A stretch of 63,939 nucleotides of DNA, counting the filler, from Saprolegnia diclina VS20 (Eukaryota), in assembly GCF_000281045.1 (NCBI RefSeq). It is 10 parts of 3 records of this genome, joined end to end, with 100 filler letters (N's around TTAATTAATTAA, not from the genome) between each part and the next. Parts side by side here need not be neighbours in the genome. Positions count along the whole stretch, not along the records: positions 4,334 to 17,046 come from NW_008246156.1; positions 17,147 to 19,711 come from NW_008246156.1; positions 19,812 to 31,958 come from NW_008246156.1; 7 more parts are not named here. The stretch is one strand, 5' to 3'. Below the pieces are notes generated by a model. The model searched no databases. It saw nothing but the letters and a program-made list of their open reading frames with translations, and was not told where the DNA came from. Below, piece by piece: positions 12,132 through 24,074 of the stretch; position 1 is the stretch's first letter; each line of letters starts with the position of its first letter. The position numbers were made by a program, and so were the translations under genes.

Positions 12132-12916
12132 CGCAGAACCAATCCAAAGTGCTAAATTTACGCGTGTATCTTGGCGGCCCATTATTGCGGTACCCCACTT
12201 GTTTTCGAGGGACCCTTCAGAACGACCATCGTGGCCAAGCAACCGATGCTGAAGCGTTTACGGGGTACCCCAAATTAATTTAGGTACCCTATAATCAACA
12301 AACAGGACACCTCGATGGAGCACCAATGAAAAGATTGGGTACGGGGCCTATCCAAAATGCACGTGAACGACAACGAGCTTCCACCAGTTCCACCGGAAAG
12401 CTACTGCATAATTCGAGTATCGATCGCACGAGGTGGGCCGTCTCAAGGCGAATTTTTGAAAACTCTATACTGATAGCCATCCAACTCTGCAGCAGTGGCG
12501 CGTAGCGCCAGTGTAGTTGGTGGCGTCGGGCAATTTCTAGAATTGGCGCCAAACGCATCCGGCGCACGCACGCGCCAGTTGGTAACCAACCTCCAACCAA
12601 ATTGTAGTCGTCCAAGGACATTCGCGACTGTGCAAGGGCCCGACAAGAGCTTTAGAAAGTACCTCGCTATAGTGCAATGGTGTAAATAGATTATGATCGC
12701 GTGAGGACTGGCGCGTTGTATTGTACTCCAGATTAGCTCGTCCGATTCTGGTGTTGACCATTCAGGGATCAGGTGACCGGGTTGGTGCAAAAGTTGGGAG
12801 GCAGCGCAGTACACCGTCGTTCGATGTCAACCAGCGCTATTAGTGTACGATTCCTCCGACTACGAGGACTTATTCACAGCCGTCTTACGATATGTATTCC
12901 ATTTACTATGTGCATA

Positions 12917-13294
12917 CTACTTGCGATACGGCTCGACCGCAGACGTGGCCGGGGCTTGGTACGCGCCTTGGTACCGCCGCTGCTCGTCGAGCGCGCGCTG
13001 GAGCCCATCGACGCGGGCCGCGAGGTGTTCGTTCTCGGTGCGCATCTCGCGCATGCGGTGGCGGAGCTCGCGCTTCGAGTCGCAGGACGAGCCGCGGGAG
13101 ACCATGGACCCGAGGACGTACGCCGCGATGAACGTGCCGAAAATATACTTCTTCGAGTGCCGTTGCCACTTTTCGTCATAGCTCAACTTGGCATTGGGCT
13201 TTGGCATCTCGGGCGCCGCCTCGGTCGTGAACCGGCGCGAGGCGAGGCGGACGTTGGCGCCAAGGCGCTTCGTGCTGGTTCGGAGGACGTTCAT
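12917..13294 (-). CDS. Small, probably mitochondrial single-pass membrane protein with coiled coil (125 aa)
   Basis: Arg/Ser-rich presequence-like N-terminus (MNVLRTSTKRLGANVRLASRRF), one hydrophobic segment, coding-like codon bias, INR-like tcatttt upstream. Confidence 0.65.
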   Translation of the reverse strand: MNVLRTSTKRLGANVRLASRRFTTEAAPEMPKPNAKLSYDEKWQRHSKKYIFGTFIAAYVLGSMVSRGSSCDSKRELRHRMREMRTENEHLAARVDGLQRALDEQRRYQGAYQAPATSAVEPYRK

Positions 13295-13656
13295 GGTCGT
13301 TGGTCAAAGGTAAAAGGTAAAATGACCGAGTGGAAAGGGTTCGTTCAAAGCGTATGTTCACGTGTCGAATGATGGGCAATGACGCGAATGCACAACAATG
13401 CCCGCTGCTGATGCGATCTCGACGATGCCGAAACATTTTAAGACTTTTTATTATTATCTTTCAATTTGTATCGAATCTGCATTTTAATTTAAAGGTGGTG
13501 GGTTTACATACATTCCGAGAGCGCAATGATGGTCTCGCTCACGATACACTTCTGGTCACAGTGTCCAAAGAGGGGTGAGGAGGAGGATTATCGGTACCCA
13601 AACCACCAAGAACGCTGGTCGCAGAAAGGTCACGCTGGATCAGCGTCCCCAGTTTA

Positions 13657-13674
13657 CCCATTCTCCAATTTCCT
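13657..13674 (+). promoter_or_regulatory. Oomycete INR+FPR core promoter
   Basis: cccattctccaatttcct matches YCAYTYY-N-CAWTTTNC just upstream of ATG 13680. Confidence 0.65.
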
Positions 13675-13679
13675 CGACC

Positions 13680-14105
13680 ATGCAACGAGCTGCCTCTGCC
13701 GCGCGCCGCTTCTGCTCGTCCAAGACGACGCCGCCGCCCGAGTTTCCCAAGCAGCAACTCGGCGTATGGTTCTCGGCCACGGCCAAGGAGCTGCAAACGC
13801 GATCGCTCGCTTCAACCAAGGACTTTCGCCAATGGTTCTTTGCGAGCGATGCGAAATGGTGGATCGGCGGCGCTACCATCGTCGGGTTTACGTTTGGGGC
13901 GCGCGAGCGCAAGCACTGGCATCACCACCGCCACTACTACGACAACTTTGACAGCTACTGGACCAAGAGCAGCGGCGACACGCGCTTCTTTGGGTGGGAC
14001 CGTTCGCACTACGTGCCAACCGACGCTGTGAAAACGAACCCTATGACATGGCCACCGTCGGCGTACGCCGTGTCCGAGTCGACGAGCAAGGCTGCGTATC
14101 CCTAA
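13680..14105 (+). CDS. Small, probably mitochondrial membrane protein with His-rich segment (141 aa)
   Basis: Presequence-like MQRAASAARRFCSSK, TM-like WWIGGATIVGFTFG, then HWHHHRH. Preceded by INR/FPR. Confidence 0.65.
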   Translation: MQRAASAARRFCSSKTTPPPEFPKQQLGVWFSATAKELQTRSLASTKDFRQWFFASDAKWWIGGATIVGFTFGARERKHWHHHRHYYDNFDSYWTKSSGDTRFFGWDRSHYVPTDAVKTNPMTWPPSAYAVSESTSKAAYP

Positions 14106-14172
14106 ATTGATGCCAGATTAATATACATGTGTGCCCTTTCTAACGTTTCAGTGCTCGAAACCTCCCGATAGC

Positions 14173-15126
14173 ATGGGCGGAGCCGTCAGCACAGTTGTGA
14201 CCCAAGAGCTGGGCAAGCCCCGCGACGTCTCGGACATTCCCGACGGAGACTGGAAGGCGGCCAAGGACGAAGTAGCGCGGCTACGGCAGCTCCTCGCCAA
14301 TTTGCAGGGCGACGCTGGCCCGCCAGCACACGTCCACACAAAGGCGGCCCCCGAGCCTGCGATGGACCCGAAAAGCAGCGACGAGAGCAGGGAGGGTCGC
14401 GCGCTCTGGTCGTCGTCCGTCGCCTCCCGTGACCCGGTGTCCGGTGCGCTCGTCGGTCAAATCCGCACCAAGCTCTTTGAACGATACGACTCGCTACGCG
14501 CATGCTTCCTCAAGATCGACATTGACCGGTCCGGGTACCTCAGCCGGGACGAGTTTATGTTTTGCATGGCCAACCTCGGCTTGCCGATGACGGACGAGGA
14601 CTTTGACGTTGTCCAAGCTTCGTACCCGCACAAGGAAGCGGCGGGCGACCACGACCGAGGCATCGGGTACCTCGAGTTTATCAAGCTCATGACCGACGAG
14701 CTCCACTACACGCCGGGGTCGGGCGAGGACGAGGCCGACGGCAACTACTTTGGCCAAACGACGCACGGCACTTCGTTTCCGCCCATGCGCGAACTCGAGT
14801 CGCCGTCGATGCACCACCGGCTGAGCCGACCCGAGCTCCGCCCGCACACGGTCGCCGTCGCTGCACCGGCACTCGCCCGCCTCCGGCACACTTTCAACCG
14901 GCAGATCTTTGGGACGTTCAACAACATGAAGGACGCGTTCAAGGCGGCAGACAAAGACCGCTCTGGCTTTGTCGAGCCCAACGAACTCATTGCGCTCCTC
15001 CACGATGTGCTCGGGATCCAAGCCAGCGACCGCGACATCCTCGATATGCTCGACGCCTTTGACACCAACCGGGATGGGAAATTGGCCTACTCGGAGTTTG
15101 TCAAGTGTCTGAGTCAAATGCGGTGA
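14173..15126 (+). CDS. EF-hand calcium-binding protein with predicted N-myristoylation (317 aa)
   Basis: Starts MGGAVS. EF loops DIDRSGYLSRDE, DKDRSGFVEPNE, DTNRDGKLAYSE. Confidence 0.85.
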   Translation: MGGAVSTVVTQELGKPRDVSDIPDGDWKAAKDEVARLRQLLANLQGDAGPPAHVHTKAAPEPAMDPKSSDESREGRALWSSSVASRDPVSGALVGQIRTKLFERYDSLRACFLKIDIDRSGYLSRDEFMFCMANLGLPMTDEDFDVVQASYPHKEAAGDHDRGIGYLEFIKLMTDELHYTPGSGEDEADGNYFGQTTHGTSFPPMRELESPSMHHRLSRPELRPHTVAVAAPALARLRHTFNRQIFGTFNNMKDAFKAADKDRSGFVEPNELIALLHDVLGIQASDRDILDMLDAFDTNRDGKLAYSEFVKCLSQMR

Positions 15127-15300
15127 TACGAGTAATACGCAATAACCTCATTCTAGCATGGACAAAAGATGTTGTTTTCAACACTGACCCGCTCTTTGAG
15201 CAACTTCAACATGAAGTTCGAAGCTATAAATCGAACTTCGAAGCAAAGGATTTGATGTTTGGGATTTGCGGCTCAAAATCGACTGACGCTCGCCGTGCTC

Positions 15301-16230
15301 ATGTTCCGCGTCCCGCGCACGCTTCGCCATGCGAGCTTGGCTCGCTCCTTTAGCGCCCGTATGCATGCTATCGGCATGATGACTAGTCCGCTCATGCTCT
15401 GGGCGTAGAGACGCTCGAGTACATCAAGACCGACGTCAACGGCAAGGTGGGCATCATCCAGCTCAACCGCCCCAAGGCGCTCAACGCGCTCTGCGACGGC
15501 TTGATGCAAGAGGTCAACAAGGCCGCCCACGCCTTTGACAAGGACGACAACATCTCGGCCATCATCCTCACGGGCAGCGACAAGGCCTTTGCCGGTACGC
15601 TTCGCCTCCTGCATAGATGGTGCATAACGATGCCTTCATGTAGCTGGCGCCGACATCAAGGAGATGGCCACGCGCGAGTTCATCGAAGTGTACAACTCGA
15701 CGATGTTTGGTAGCTGGGGCGACATCACCAAGGTGCATAAGCCAGTCATCGCGGCCGTCAACGGCTTCGCGCTCGGCGGCGGCTGCGAGCTCGCGATGAT
15801 GTGCGACTTTATCATCGCGGGCGACAAGGCCAAGTTTGGCCAGCCCGAGATCAAGCTCGGCACGATCCCCGGCGCCGGCGGCACCCAGCGCCTCATCCGC
15901 GCCATTGGCAAGTCCAAGGCCATGCACTTGGTGCTGACGGGCGACATGATTGACGCGCAGCAGGCCGAGCGCGACGGGCTCGTGGCCAAGGTCGTGCCGG
16001 CGGAGAAGCTCATGGAGGAGGCGCTCGCGATCGCCAACAAGATTGCCTCGCACTCGCGCCCGATCACGCGCATGGCCAAGGAGGCGGTGAACGCGTCGTA
16101 CGAGATGTCGCTCCAGGAAGGTCTCAAGTACGAAGGCCGCCTCTTCTACGCCACGTTTGCGACGCACGACCAGAAGGAGGGCATGGACGCCTTTGTCAAC
16201 AAGCGCGCGCCGACGTTCAAGCACCAGTAA
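15301..16230 (+). CDS. ECHS1: Mitochondrial enoyl-CoA hydratase (crotonase); exons ~15301-15358, 15409-15594, 15644-16230
   Basis: [63 protein letters not shown], with a presequence. Confidence 0.95.
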
Positions 16231-17146
16231 ACGACGAACTCGGATGCGTTAATGCTACTCTAGTACTGCTAGTCTCTTCCCATGACACCGCGTCCAGCAT
16301 TATGGTTGAGCCGAGCTCAAGTCGATACCACTGGGCCGGGAGCATGGTTTGGATATGGCCCATCGATTCCACTGGTCCAGTGTTGCTCGAGTGTCCCGCT
16401 TCGCAAGACGGTACATTGTCGCCATGTAGCAAAAGCTACAGCAGGCTCGGCCAACAACCTCCGCATCGCAGCGCGACTGCTGAGCCGAAGAACTCGACGC
16501 AGTCAGTGAGGCCGACAACGCCCACGGCCAGCCAACTCGCAACTTCAGCTACAGTAGTGTGTGTCTGGTGGTCGAGACGGCCGACTGAAGATATGCAGTT
16601 GACGGAACTCGGCGAGAGCGAAACACCCGCGTGTACGTTAAGGTCGCTGTGCTGAGGCTCGCCAGATACGCTCCACCGTGATCGATAACGTACGGGCTTG
16701 CGAAGCTATTGTGAAGACGGGTGTTGCGTTGTCGTAAGCTTCGCATGAGGCGTCGATGCGCCATGTACAGTGTACTTGGCGGCTGCGGGTCGTCGAAGCG
16801 TCGGTAGTGCTTTTTTGTCTGGATGAACCCAGTCGAATTGGCGGTGTGGTGGCTGAGTCCTCGTCCCGAGGGTCAAGACTGGCACCGGTTGCTGCAAATA
16901 TACACGAGCCACATGCTTGTGTGGGGGGTTGTGCCAAACTGCAGGGTGAGGCGACCGTCCTCGCGTTCCCCACCGCCCAACCCTCGCTTGATGAAGCACG
17001 TCTTGAAGCCGTCGCGTTGCTAGCATCAGTCGAGATGGCCTCCTCCNNNNNNNNNNNNNNNNNNNNNNNNNNNNNNNNNNNNNNNNNNNNTTAATTAATT
17101 AANNNNNNNNNNNNNNNNNNNNNNNNNNNNNNNNNNNNNNNNNNNN

Positions 17147-19267
17147 GCCAACTACGTCGAGGACCCGACGCCGCTCATCCTCAAGGCCTGCGAGGCGCCG
17201 GTCGGCCGGTCGCTCGCCGAGACGTTCAAGCTCAAGAAGGCCAAGGACTACACTGTACATCAGTTTGGCCTTATCCAAGAGCGCGTGGGCATGCACCCGC
17301 GCACGCTCAAGTTTGATGCCGAGTACGAGGTCGGGTACCTCGCGTATGTACAAGAATCAAGCGTCGTCCGCGTGCGCCTCACGTTCATCGTCGGGTCGCT
17401 CTTCCTCGGCGCGCTCCTCGCGTACGAAGCGCACCTCGACTTGTTCCGTCGCCGCGCCGGCATTCCGCCGCCGCTGCCCGAAGGCGAGCTTCCGGACGCG
17501 AACCGGCTCGTGCTCTACATTCTCTCGTTCGGCGTCTCGGTACCGGCGTTCTTCATTGGCTTCCTCCTCACCTTCTTCGAGTCCATGCACAAGCGCATCG
17601 AGCGCATCACGTTCGCCGTCTTCTTCGTCGTCGCCATGACGCTCATCTTCAAGAAGCCCGTCCAGGCGCAGACCGGCCCGGTGCTGCCGCTCATGATCCT
17701 CATCATCCCGATCTTTGGCATCACGCGCATGCGCTTCCTGCACAGCTGCGTGCTCGGGTGGACCATCTTCTTCACGTACCTCATCGTCCAGGGCGTCTCG
17801 CTGCACTGGATGGACCCGATCCCGTACGGCAACGGCAAGACGTGGAAGTACGACAACATCTCGGACATCATCTACCAGACGATCAACTACGGCATTGCGA
17901 TCATCGGCGGTATGGTGTCGCACTACCGCCAGGAGCTCATTCGCCGGCGCAACTACGCCCTCAAGCTGCCGTTCACGGGCCTCGACGACGACGAGCCCCT
18001 AGACCTCTTTGGCGAGAGCTACTCGGAGGAGCGGCTCATGGACCCGTTCAACTTGAGCTTCCGCAACCTCGATGTGGAAGAGTGCTTTTGCCGCATGTGG
18101 TATCTCATCGACCCGCACCCGTACGAGAACCCGAACCGCGGCGACATCCACGAGAACGTCTACATGACGATCCGCTTTGCAGTCCTCGGCGTCTTCCTCT
18201 CGCAAGTGGTCCTGGGCATCCAGGACATCAAGCTCCTCTTCATGAAGGACTTCAAGTTTGAGTACGGCATGGCGGCTGTCATCCGCTTTGCGATCGTCGT
18301 GCCGCTCTACCTGCTCAGCTTTTACTTCATGTACCTCCTCGGCCGCAAGTACTTTGAGATGTACTTGCGCAAGTCGGCGGCCGAAGCCGAGATGTCGTCT
18401 CAGTTCACGATCGACGTCAACGACGTGCCGGCGTCGGACGACAGCTTCAAGGGCTTCAAGTACGCGTCAACGCGCATGAAGAAGAAGGCGCCGTTGACCA
18501 AGAACCGCAGCATCAAGGAGAAAATTGAAGGCCAGAAGGAGCGCTGGGTGGACACCAAGGGCGGCTACGTGCGGTCGGCGCAGATCTTCCTCACGATTAT
18601 CATCTCGCTGCACGTGATTTTGATGATGATCCTCCTGCTCCAGGTACACATTCGCTCCGACATCGCTGCTCATCTGCTCTTATAGGTCGGTCGCAGCTAC
18701 ATCTACACCCACTCGAGCAAGCAGAAGAACGCGGCCAAGCCCAACGTGTACTTCATGGGCTTCCTCAACGCGCTCCTCTCGGTGCACCGGTCGGGCTTCA
18801 AGATCCGGTTCGTCTACTCGTCGCGCGTCTCGTGGGCGATGGTCCTCCTCTTCATCTTCTTTGCGTCGCACAACTTGCACTTCGACCCGTGGGAGTACCT
18901 CTGGGCCGAGTACTCGTGCTACCTCGTCGCGATCCAGTTCCTCGGCATGATGATCTCGCACGAAGAAGAGTCGCTGCGCCGGTCCTTCTTTGTCCTCAAG
19001 TCGATGCGCATGCTCGAGTTTGAAAAATGGTTTGCCGGTGTCCTCCGCATTCAAAAGGGCGTCCGCAAGTTCCTCGCGCGCCACCGCGAACGCCAGATCG
19101 CCAAGGGCGACGTGCCCACGACCAAGGCCGTCTCCAAGCCGCCAGCCCCCAAGGTCGCCCACGCCCAAAGCTTCCTCGCCATGGCCTCCAAGATGGGCGT
19201 CCAGGCCCAAGCGATCCAGATCGCTGTCGTCCTCTTTGACGTCATCTGGTCGGCGGCCAACCCGTAG
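17147..19267 (+). CDS. Multi-pass membrane protein resembling adenylyl/guanylyl cyclase TM regions; 5'-truncated, intron ~18644-18685
   Basis: Open frame from the contig edge with strong GC3 bias. Two TM clusters are preceded by LKFDAEYE / LSFRNLDVE and closed by HYRQELIRRRNY / SHEEESLRRSFF. Confidence 0.8.
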
Positions 19268-19355
19268 GTCGTCGTCGGTCATCCGCTGTGTACTCTAAAC
19301 CCCATCGTGTTTCTGCTGTGTTTTGTCTTTCTATGCCGAAAGTAGATTAGGAGCG

Positions 19356-19711
19356 TTAGAGTGCCAGCGTATTGAGCTTGGCGTGTAAATACTGGTAGTC
19401 GTGCAAACTCACGACGTGGCGTGAGTCGGCGAGGCTGAGCCCCGTGAAGCGCGACAGCGTCGACTCAAGCGCAGCGTGCTGGAAGGCCGGCGCCACAAGC
19501 CGGATCGACGACATTTGCACGAGGAGGTCGTCCCAGCAGGCCTGCGGGCGCGAGATGTGGCATGCGTGGATGCTCTCGAGGAGCTGCGCCATCTCGCTGT
19601 CGAACGGCTGACGCGCGGGCTCGAAGGGGTTGCGCCACGTCGGCGTCGTCGTCGTCAGCGACGTTGATGCCATCGACGCTTCGAGCTGGTCTTCGCGCGT
19701 CGTGATACGCA
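19356..19711 (-). CDS. Hypothetical protein, probably the 3' end of a truncated gene
   Basis: Open frame running to the contig edge, with coding-like composition. Confidence 0.4.
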
Positions 19712-19812
19712 NNNNNNNNNNNNNNNNNNNNNNNNNNNNNNNNNNNNNNNNNNNNTTAATTAATTAANNNNNNNNNNNNNNNNNNNNNNNNNNNNNNNNN
19801 NNNNNNNNNNNC

Positions 19813-21531
19813 CTGTACCTTCTTGGCAACAGCTTCTACTTTGCACTTCTTGGGCTCATGGCCTGGCGCCTCACCCCGATCCAAACCCGCATGGTTCGCT
19901 TCATCCAGCCCCAAGCCTGCGCGAGCGTCTTCTTTGCCGTTGCTGTTGCCTTTCTAATCCCGCTTCGGCCGCGATACAAACCAAATCTCTCCAAGTCCTT
20001 TTGTGCTACCCGCCCATGGCCGCCACAGCTGAAAGCGACGGTGCTTCACACGCTAGCGATGCTCGGCCAAACGTACCTCGCCTACACGACCGCCGCCGCG
20101 ACACCGCACACGGCGGTCGCGGGTGCCTACACGGCGCTTGTCGCCGTCAGCTGCCTCGTCACGCCATATTACATCGCGTATGACCATCTTGGGCTCGTCG
20201 ATGCTCTCGACAGCGTTACGACGCTGCTCATAGCGGTCGTCTTCCCCACTCTCTTTGTGCTTGTCCCGACCGCTACAGTCATTTACGGCCCACAACACGA
20301 CACGGGCTCGACGGTGAATCAGTATGCGTGGTACGCTGAGCTTGTCGCGTCGTGGCGCCTCCTCGCAGTCACGTCGGTAGCCAAACTTGTGGCGATGATT
20401 GCGCCAAGTGCGCTGCAGCTGGGCGCGATAGAGGCCACGCTAGCAGCCTTGTCATGCCCGCCACCCTCCATCAAACGGCCATCGGTTCAGTGCAACCGAA
20501 TACGCTTTCCAACCCACAAGCGCTGGGTCCGCCTTCTCATTGGCTTCAATGTAGTGTGGGGTCTAGGCGTGCTGTGTCTCTCGTTGTATGCAATCGGTCA
20601 CAGTAGTGCCTGCCCTGCACACTGCACCCTTGAAGCGCGTCCGTGGTTTAGCGCTGCTTGCGCTTGCGTCTATGCGCGTCTCGACTGCCGGACGAGCGTT
20701 TGTTCTCTCGACGGAGACGAAGAGCGTTACTTGAATGTGGACCTCCTGGGCTCCAGCCTCATGGTGCTGCACACACTGCACTGCTCGCTGCCCCGCGGCT
20801 TGCAACCGCAGACGCTAACACCGTTTGAAGAGTTGTTCGCCTACGCCATCGAGTACTCCAACATGACGTCGTGGGAGATTCCGCCGAGTGCATACCCCGC
20901 GTCGCTCGCACTAGCCTACATTCGCTACAGCCAGCTCACGGCGCTTCCAGTCGCACTGGCGTCGCCGCCGTTGCATCTCGTTGGCATCTACATCGACTCG
21001 GCGCCAATCGTCAATGTACCCGACGCTGTGTGGGCCAACTGGACCCATCTTTCCAACTTGTGGCTGAGCAACGTCAGTCTCCAGGTCGTTCCCGAATCGA
21101 TCGCAGCTTTGCGCTCTCTCCAGTTTCTCGTCTTGAGCAGCAACAACCTGTCTACCGTTCCGGATGCAGTGAGCACGTTGCCGCTGCTGCAAAAACTCTA
21201 TTTGGACGCGAATCCCATCACCGAGTTCCCAACGAGTCTCATCACGGCCAACCCAACGCTGGACCTCGCGCTCGATCAAACTCGGATCGCAGACGTGCCC
21301 GACACGCCGGCGGTCCGAGCAGCACTGACCCGAGGTTATGTTCACCTTGGCTCGACGCCTTTTTGTGCGCACGAGCAAAGCTACCACTGGGCAGCGACAC
21401 TACGTCAGGGTGTCTGCGATGCGGCGTGCGCGCCCTTCTGCGCCAACGTGCGTCGAGGCAACGGTTTTTGCGACGCCCCGTGCAACGTGGCGGTTTGCGG
21501 CTTTGACAATGGTGACTGCGCCGCGCTCTAG
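19813..21531 (+). CDS. Membrane protein with LRRs and a C-terminal LNR (Notch) domain; 5'-truncated
   Basis: Several TM segments, a Cys cap (CPAHC...CACV), LRRs (LSNLWLSN, LQFLVLSSNNL, LQKLYLDANPI) and LNR CAPFC...GNGFCDAPCNVAVCGFDNGDC. Confidence 0.85.
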   Translation: MYLLGNSFYFALLGLMAWRLTPIQTRMVRFIQPQACASVFFAVAVAFLIPLRPRYKPNLSKSFCATRPWPPQLKATVLHTLAMLGQTYLAYTTAAATPHTAVAGAYTALVAVSCLVTPYYIAYDHLGLVDALDSVTTLLIAVVFPTLFVLVPTATVIYGPQHDTGSTVNQYAWYAELVASWRLLAVTSVAKLVAMIAPSALQLGAIEATLAALSCPPPSIKRPSVQCNRIRFPTHKRWVRLLIGFNVVWGLGVLCLSLYAIGHSSACPAHCTLEARPWFSAACACVYARLDCRTSVCSLDGDEERYLNVDLLGSSLMVLHTLHCSLPRGLQPQTLTPFEELFAYAIEYSNMTSWEIPPSAYPASLALAYIRYSQLTALPVALASPPLHLVGIYIDSAPIVNVPDAVWANWTHLSNLWLSNVSLQVVPESIAALRSLQFLVLSSNNLSTVPDAVSTLPLLQKLYLDANPITEFPTSLITANPTLDLALDQTRIADVPDTPAVRAALTRGYVHLGSTPFCAHEQSYHWAATLRQGVCDAACAPFCANVRRGNGFCDAPCNVAVCGFDNGDCAAL

Positions 21532-22212
21532 CCAGTCTCTCTGTATTTGTGGACGCAGCAGATCCACCAACCGTGCAGCTCACGAGACGGCAATGCACAT
21601 CATGGGTGGCGAGATGCAGCCAGCAGAAAAGCAAGTTCCAACCGCTCGAACAGGCTCTTGCATGTACGGTCTGCTGAGGTGTCGGCATACGACGATCGAC
21701 GCACCGAGAGAGCGTCGTGCAAGGAACGGTACCTTCTAGCCGAGACTTGAAACCCTCTTGAAAACGAATATGTATCAAGTGACTTGACGACGTTATTTCT
21801 CAGAAGTACCTGTCAAAACCAATATACACCGTATCCATGACGCGTCGGGTGCTGCAGCGACGAGCAGCGGCGCAACGTTGCTGCTCGAATCCAGCGTCAA
21901 GCGGGTGGGTCGTCCGTCACCCATGCTCGAGCGATTCGACGAACTGTCAATGACGCACCGCCTCTCCGCCTGTCTGCGTTTCCATCAGCACGTTACTCCA
22001 GCTCTCGTCTGGTTACCTCTGGCTCGACAATAAGAACCTAGTCCTCCTCGGCGTGTGCAAGGTATGGTGGAGATAGAATGCAAGGGTTGTTTGTGGGCTT
22101 AAATAAGGCGGCTTCCGCAGCGACGTTGTCTGCAATCGACGCGATCGCTACGGCATGCGCCCTCTCGAGGAGAAGATCAATCGTAAATATACAGCAGCAG
22201 CAGCGTACGCCT

Positions 22213-22662
22213 CTACTCGTAGTGGGCAGGGTTGACAGCGACGGCGCCGAGGAAGCTCTTGAGCAGCTTGGAGACCTTGCAGCCCTCGGTTTCGCAGCGC
22301 TGGATGATGCGCGGCGGGCACTTGGCCATGGTTTCTTGCATGCGCATGAGAAAATCGTTGAGAAAGTAGACGCGGTCCTGGACGACCGACTTGGAGTTCT
22401 TCGAGAGGAAGTTGGCGTTCGGGAACTCGGTCTCGAAGAGCGACTTGAGGAACGACTCGAGGAGGCAGCGGCCGCCGCTGCAGCACTGGCCCTCCTTGAG
22501 GTGGCGCAGCACAAACTTCTGGAGCTGCACGAACGCCGAGTAGCGGCGGTAGATGACGATCGACTCGTCGTCGATCGAGACCTGGACCTTGATCGCGTAC
22601 TCGGTGTGGCTGCCCTCGCGACGGGCGTCGATGACGGAGCTGCGGAGCGTGGCGAGCGACAT
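22213..22662 (-). CDS. Stand-alone PX (phox) domain protein (149 aa)
   Basis: HTEYAIKV...IYRRYSAFVQLQ...FP...VVQDRVYFLNDFL. INR/FPR ccacttttcaatttgcc lies directly upstream on the minus strand. Confidence 0.82.
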   Translation of the reverse strand: MSLATLRSSVIDARREGSHTEYAIKVQVSIDDESIVIYRRYSAFVQLQKFVLRHLKEGQCCSGGRCLLESFLKSLFETEFPNANFLSKNSKSVVQDRVYFLNDFLMRMQETMAKCPPRIIQRCETEGCKVSKLLKSFLGAVAVNPAHYE

Positions 22663-24074
22663 GCTTACTGGTTGGCAAATTGAAAAGTGGTCACTCGGCG
22701 CGCGTTGAAGCGGCCCGTTCTGGCGCCAGCCTGTTACACATATTGTCTGGCGCCGTCTCCGTCTGCGAACTTCGGGTTCCAAAATCCTGCCCTCGCTTGA
22801 GGGACCACCTGCGCGCGACATGTGCGCATTGCGCGAAAATTCCCTCGCCAGAAGGACGACGCTTCGAATTATTCACGCCGCGCTCACTTGGCGAATTGCT
22901 CGTCTCGCCCGCTGCACTCCTGCGATATACACCCCACGACAACGACATCCTCGCCACTACGGTGGCCGTGGGACGCGAAGTTCGAAGTTATCCAGTGCCA
23001 TTGACGGCCCCGACGAGGTGGAATGTAGGTGCCATAACGCAAACAAACCAGCTCTTTTTGCTGTTATAACTCCAAGATCTAGGTTGTAACACGTGGGTGC
23101 ATCCGGGCAGCCAAGAGGCCAGCGCAACGAGTAGCCCATCGCGCTACACCGTACTGCGATGTAGCAGGTCGTAATACGATAGGCGTTGGAATACGCAACC
23201 CCGTCCCGGCCGTCGCTCGATCACTCGACCGCTCGACCGTGTCCGTGCCGAGGTGTTATGGGACTGTAACAGGTCCACCTCAAGCTTTCGGGAGCTACCG
23301 TGTGCCTGCCCGCGCTGGCGTGCGAGCGACCGCGGCTCGTGGCGCGATCATTCCAATCCTCATCGAGAAAGAAGGCGCGTAACACAAGCTCGCAGCAACG
23401 TCCCAGCGCGACGTTGCTGCGGCGGTAGCACGTGGCAACACCACTACGAGGCTCTTCTCTGCGGCCAGACGCCAGAGCGCCGACGACATTGCGCGCCGAA
23501 ATCTCGGCCGTTCCACATTTGCCGACAGGTGGCGAAACTGACGCCAGCAACGGGCGGTATGTCACATTTCTCGTTAGAAAGGTCTCCTCGCATCCAACGA
23601 CAGCGCTTTCTCGCGGTGTGTGGACCTCGGCGTCCGCCCAGCGTGTATATCGCCACTTGCGACAGGGGCGAATCTTGACACGCCGTCAGTCGGCTGCCTT
23701 GTCAGCCGGCCTGCGACGTCGCGTTGTCTTGAAGCTTGCTCCTGGGATCCGTAGACCTCGATCGATCTGAGAACGTGGAAGCGACAAGACGCCAGTACTC
23801 GCGCCATTGCAGGCGATCGACTGTCGTCTCTTCGTAACGAGAAAAGTGATCGGTGGTTTACTTGTTGAAAAATCCAAAAATTCATCCGCCAAGTGGCCGC
23901 GACACGACCCGCCGTGTCCTCTGCAGCCACACCGCATTCTCCGCCTTCTCTGTGTGTATATTTTCCATAAAACATGGCCAACTTCATATTCGGCGGATGT
24001 CTCTGGCGCTGCAATATGCGATTTAGCATTTGATAGATCGATATATAGAAGATTCCTTAGTGTATGTACTCGGC

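Noticed and set aside
10801..12252. 483-aa Ser-rich plus-strand ORF (mucin-like)
   Set aside because: It is antisense of the Asp/Glu-rich helicase exon.
12261..12289. Imperfect palindrome ggggtaccccaaattaatttaggtaccc
   Set aside because: It is short and imperfect, with no partner TIR or TSD visible.
22700..24070. Long intergenic region with many short ORFs
   Set aside because: No codon bias, motifs or recognisable RNA structure. It is probably the upstream regulatory region of the PX gene.
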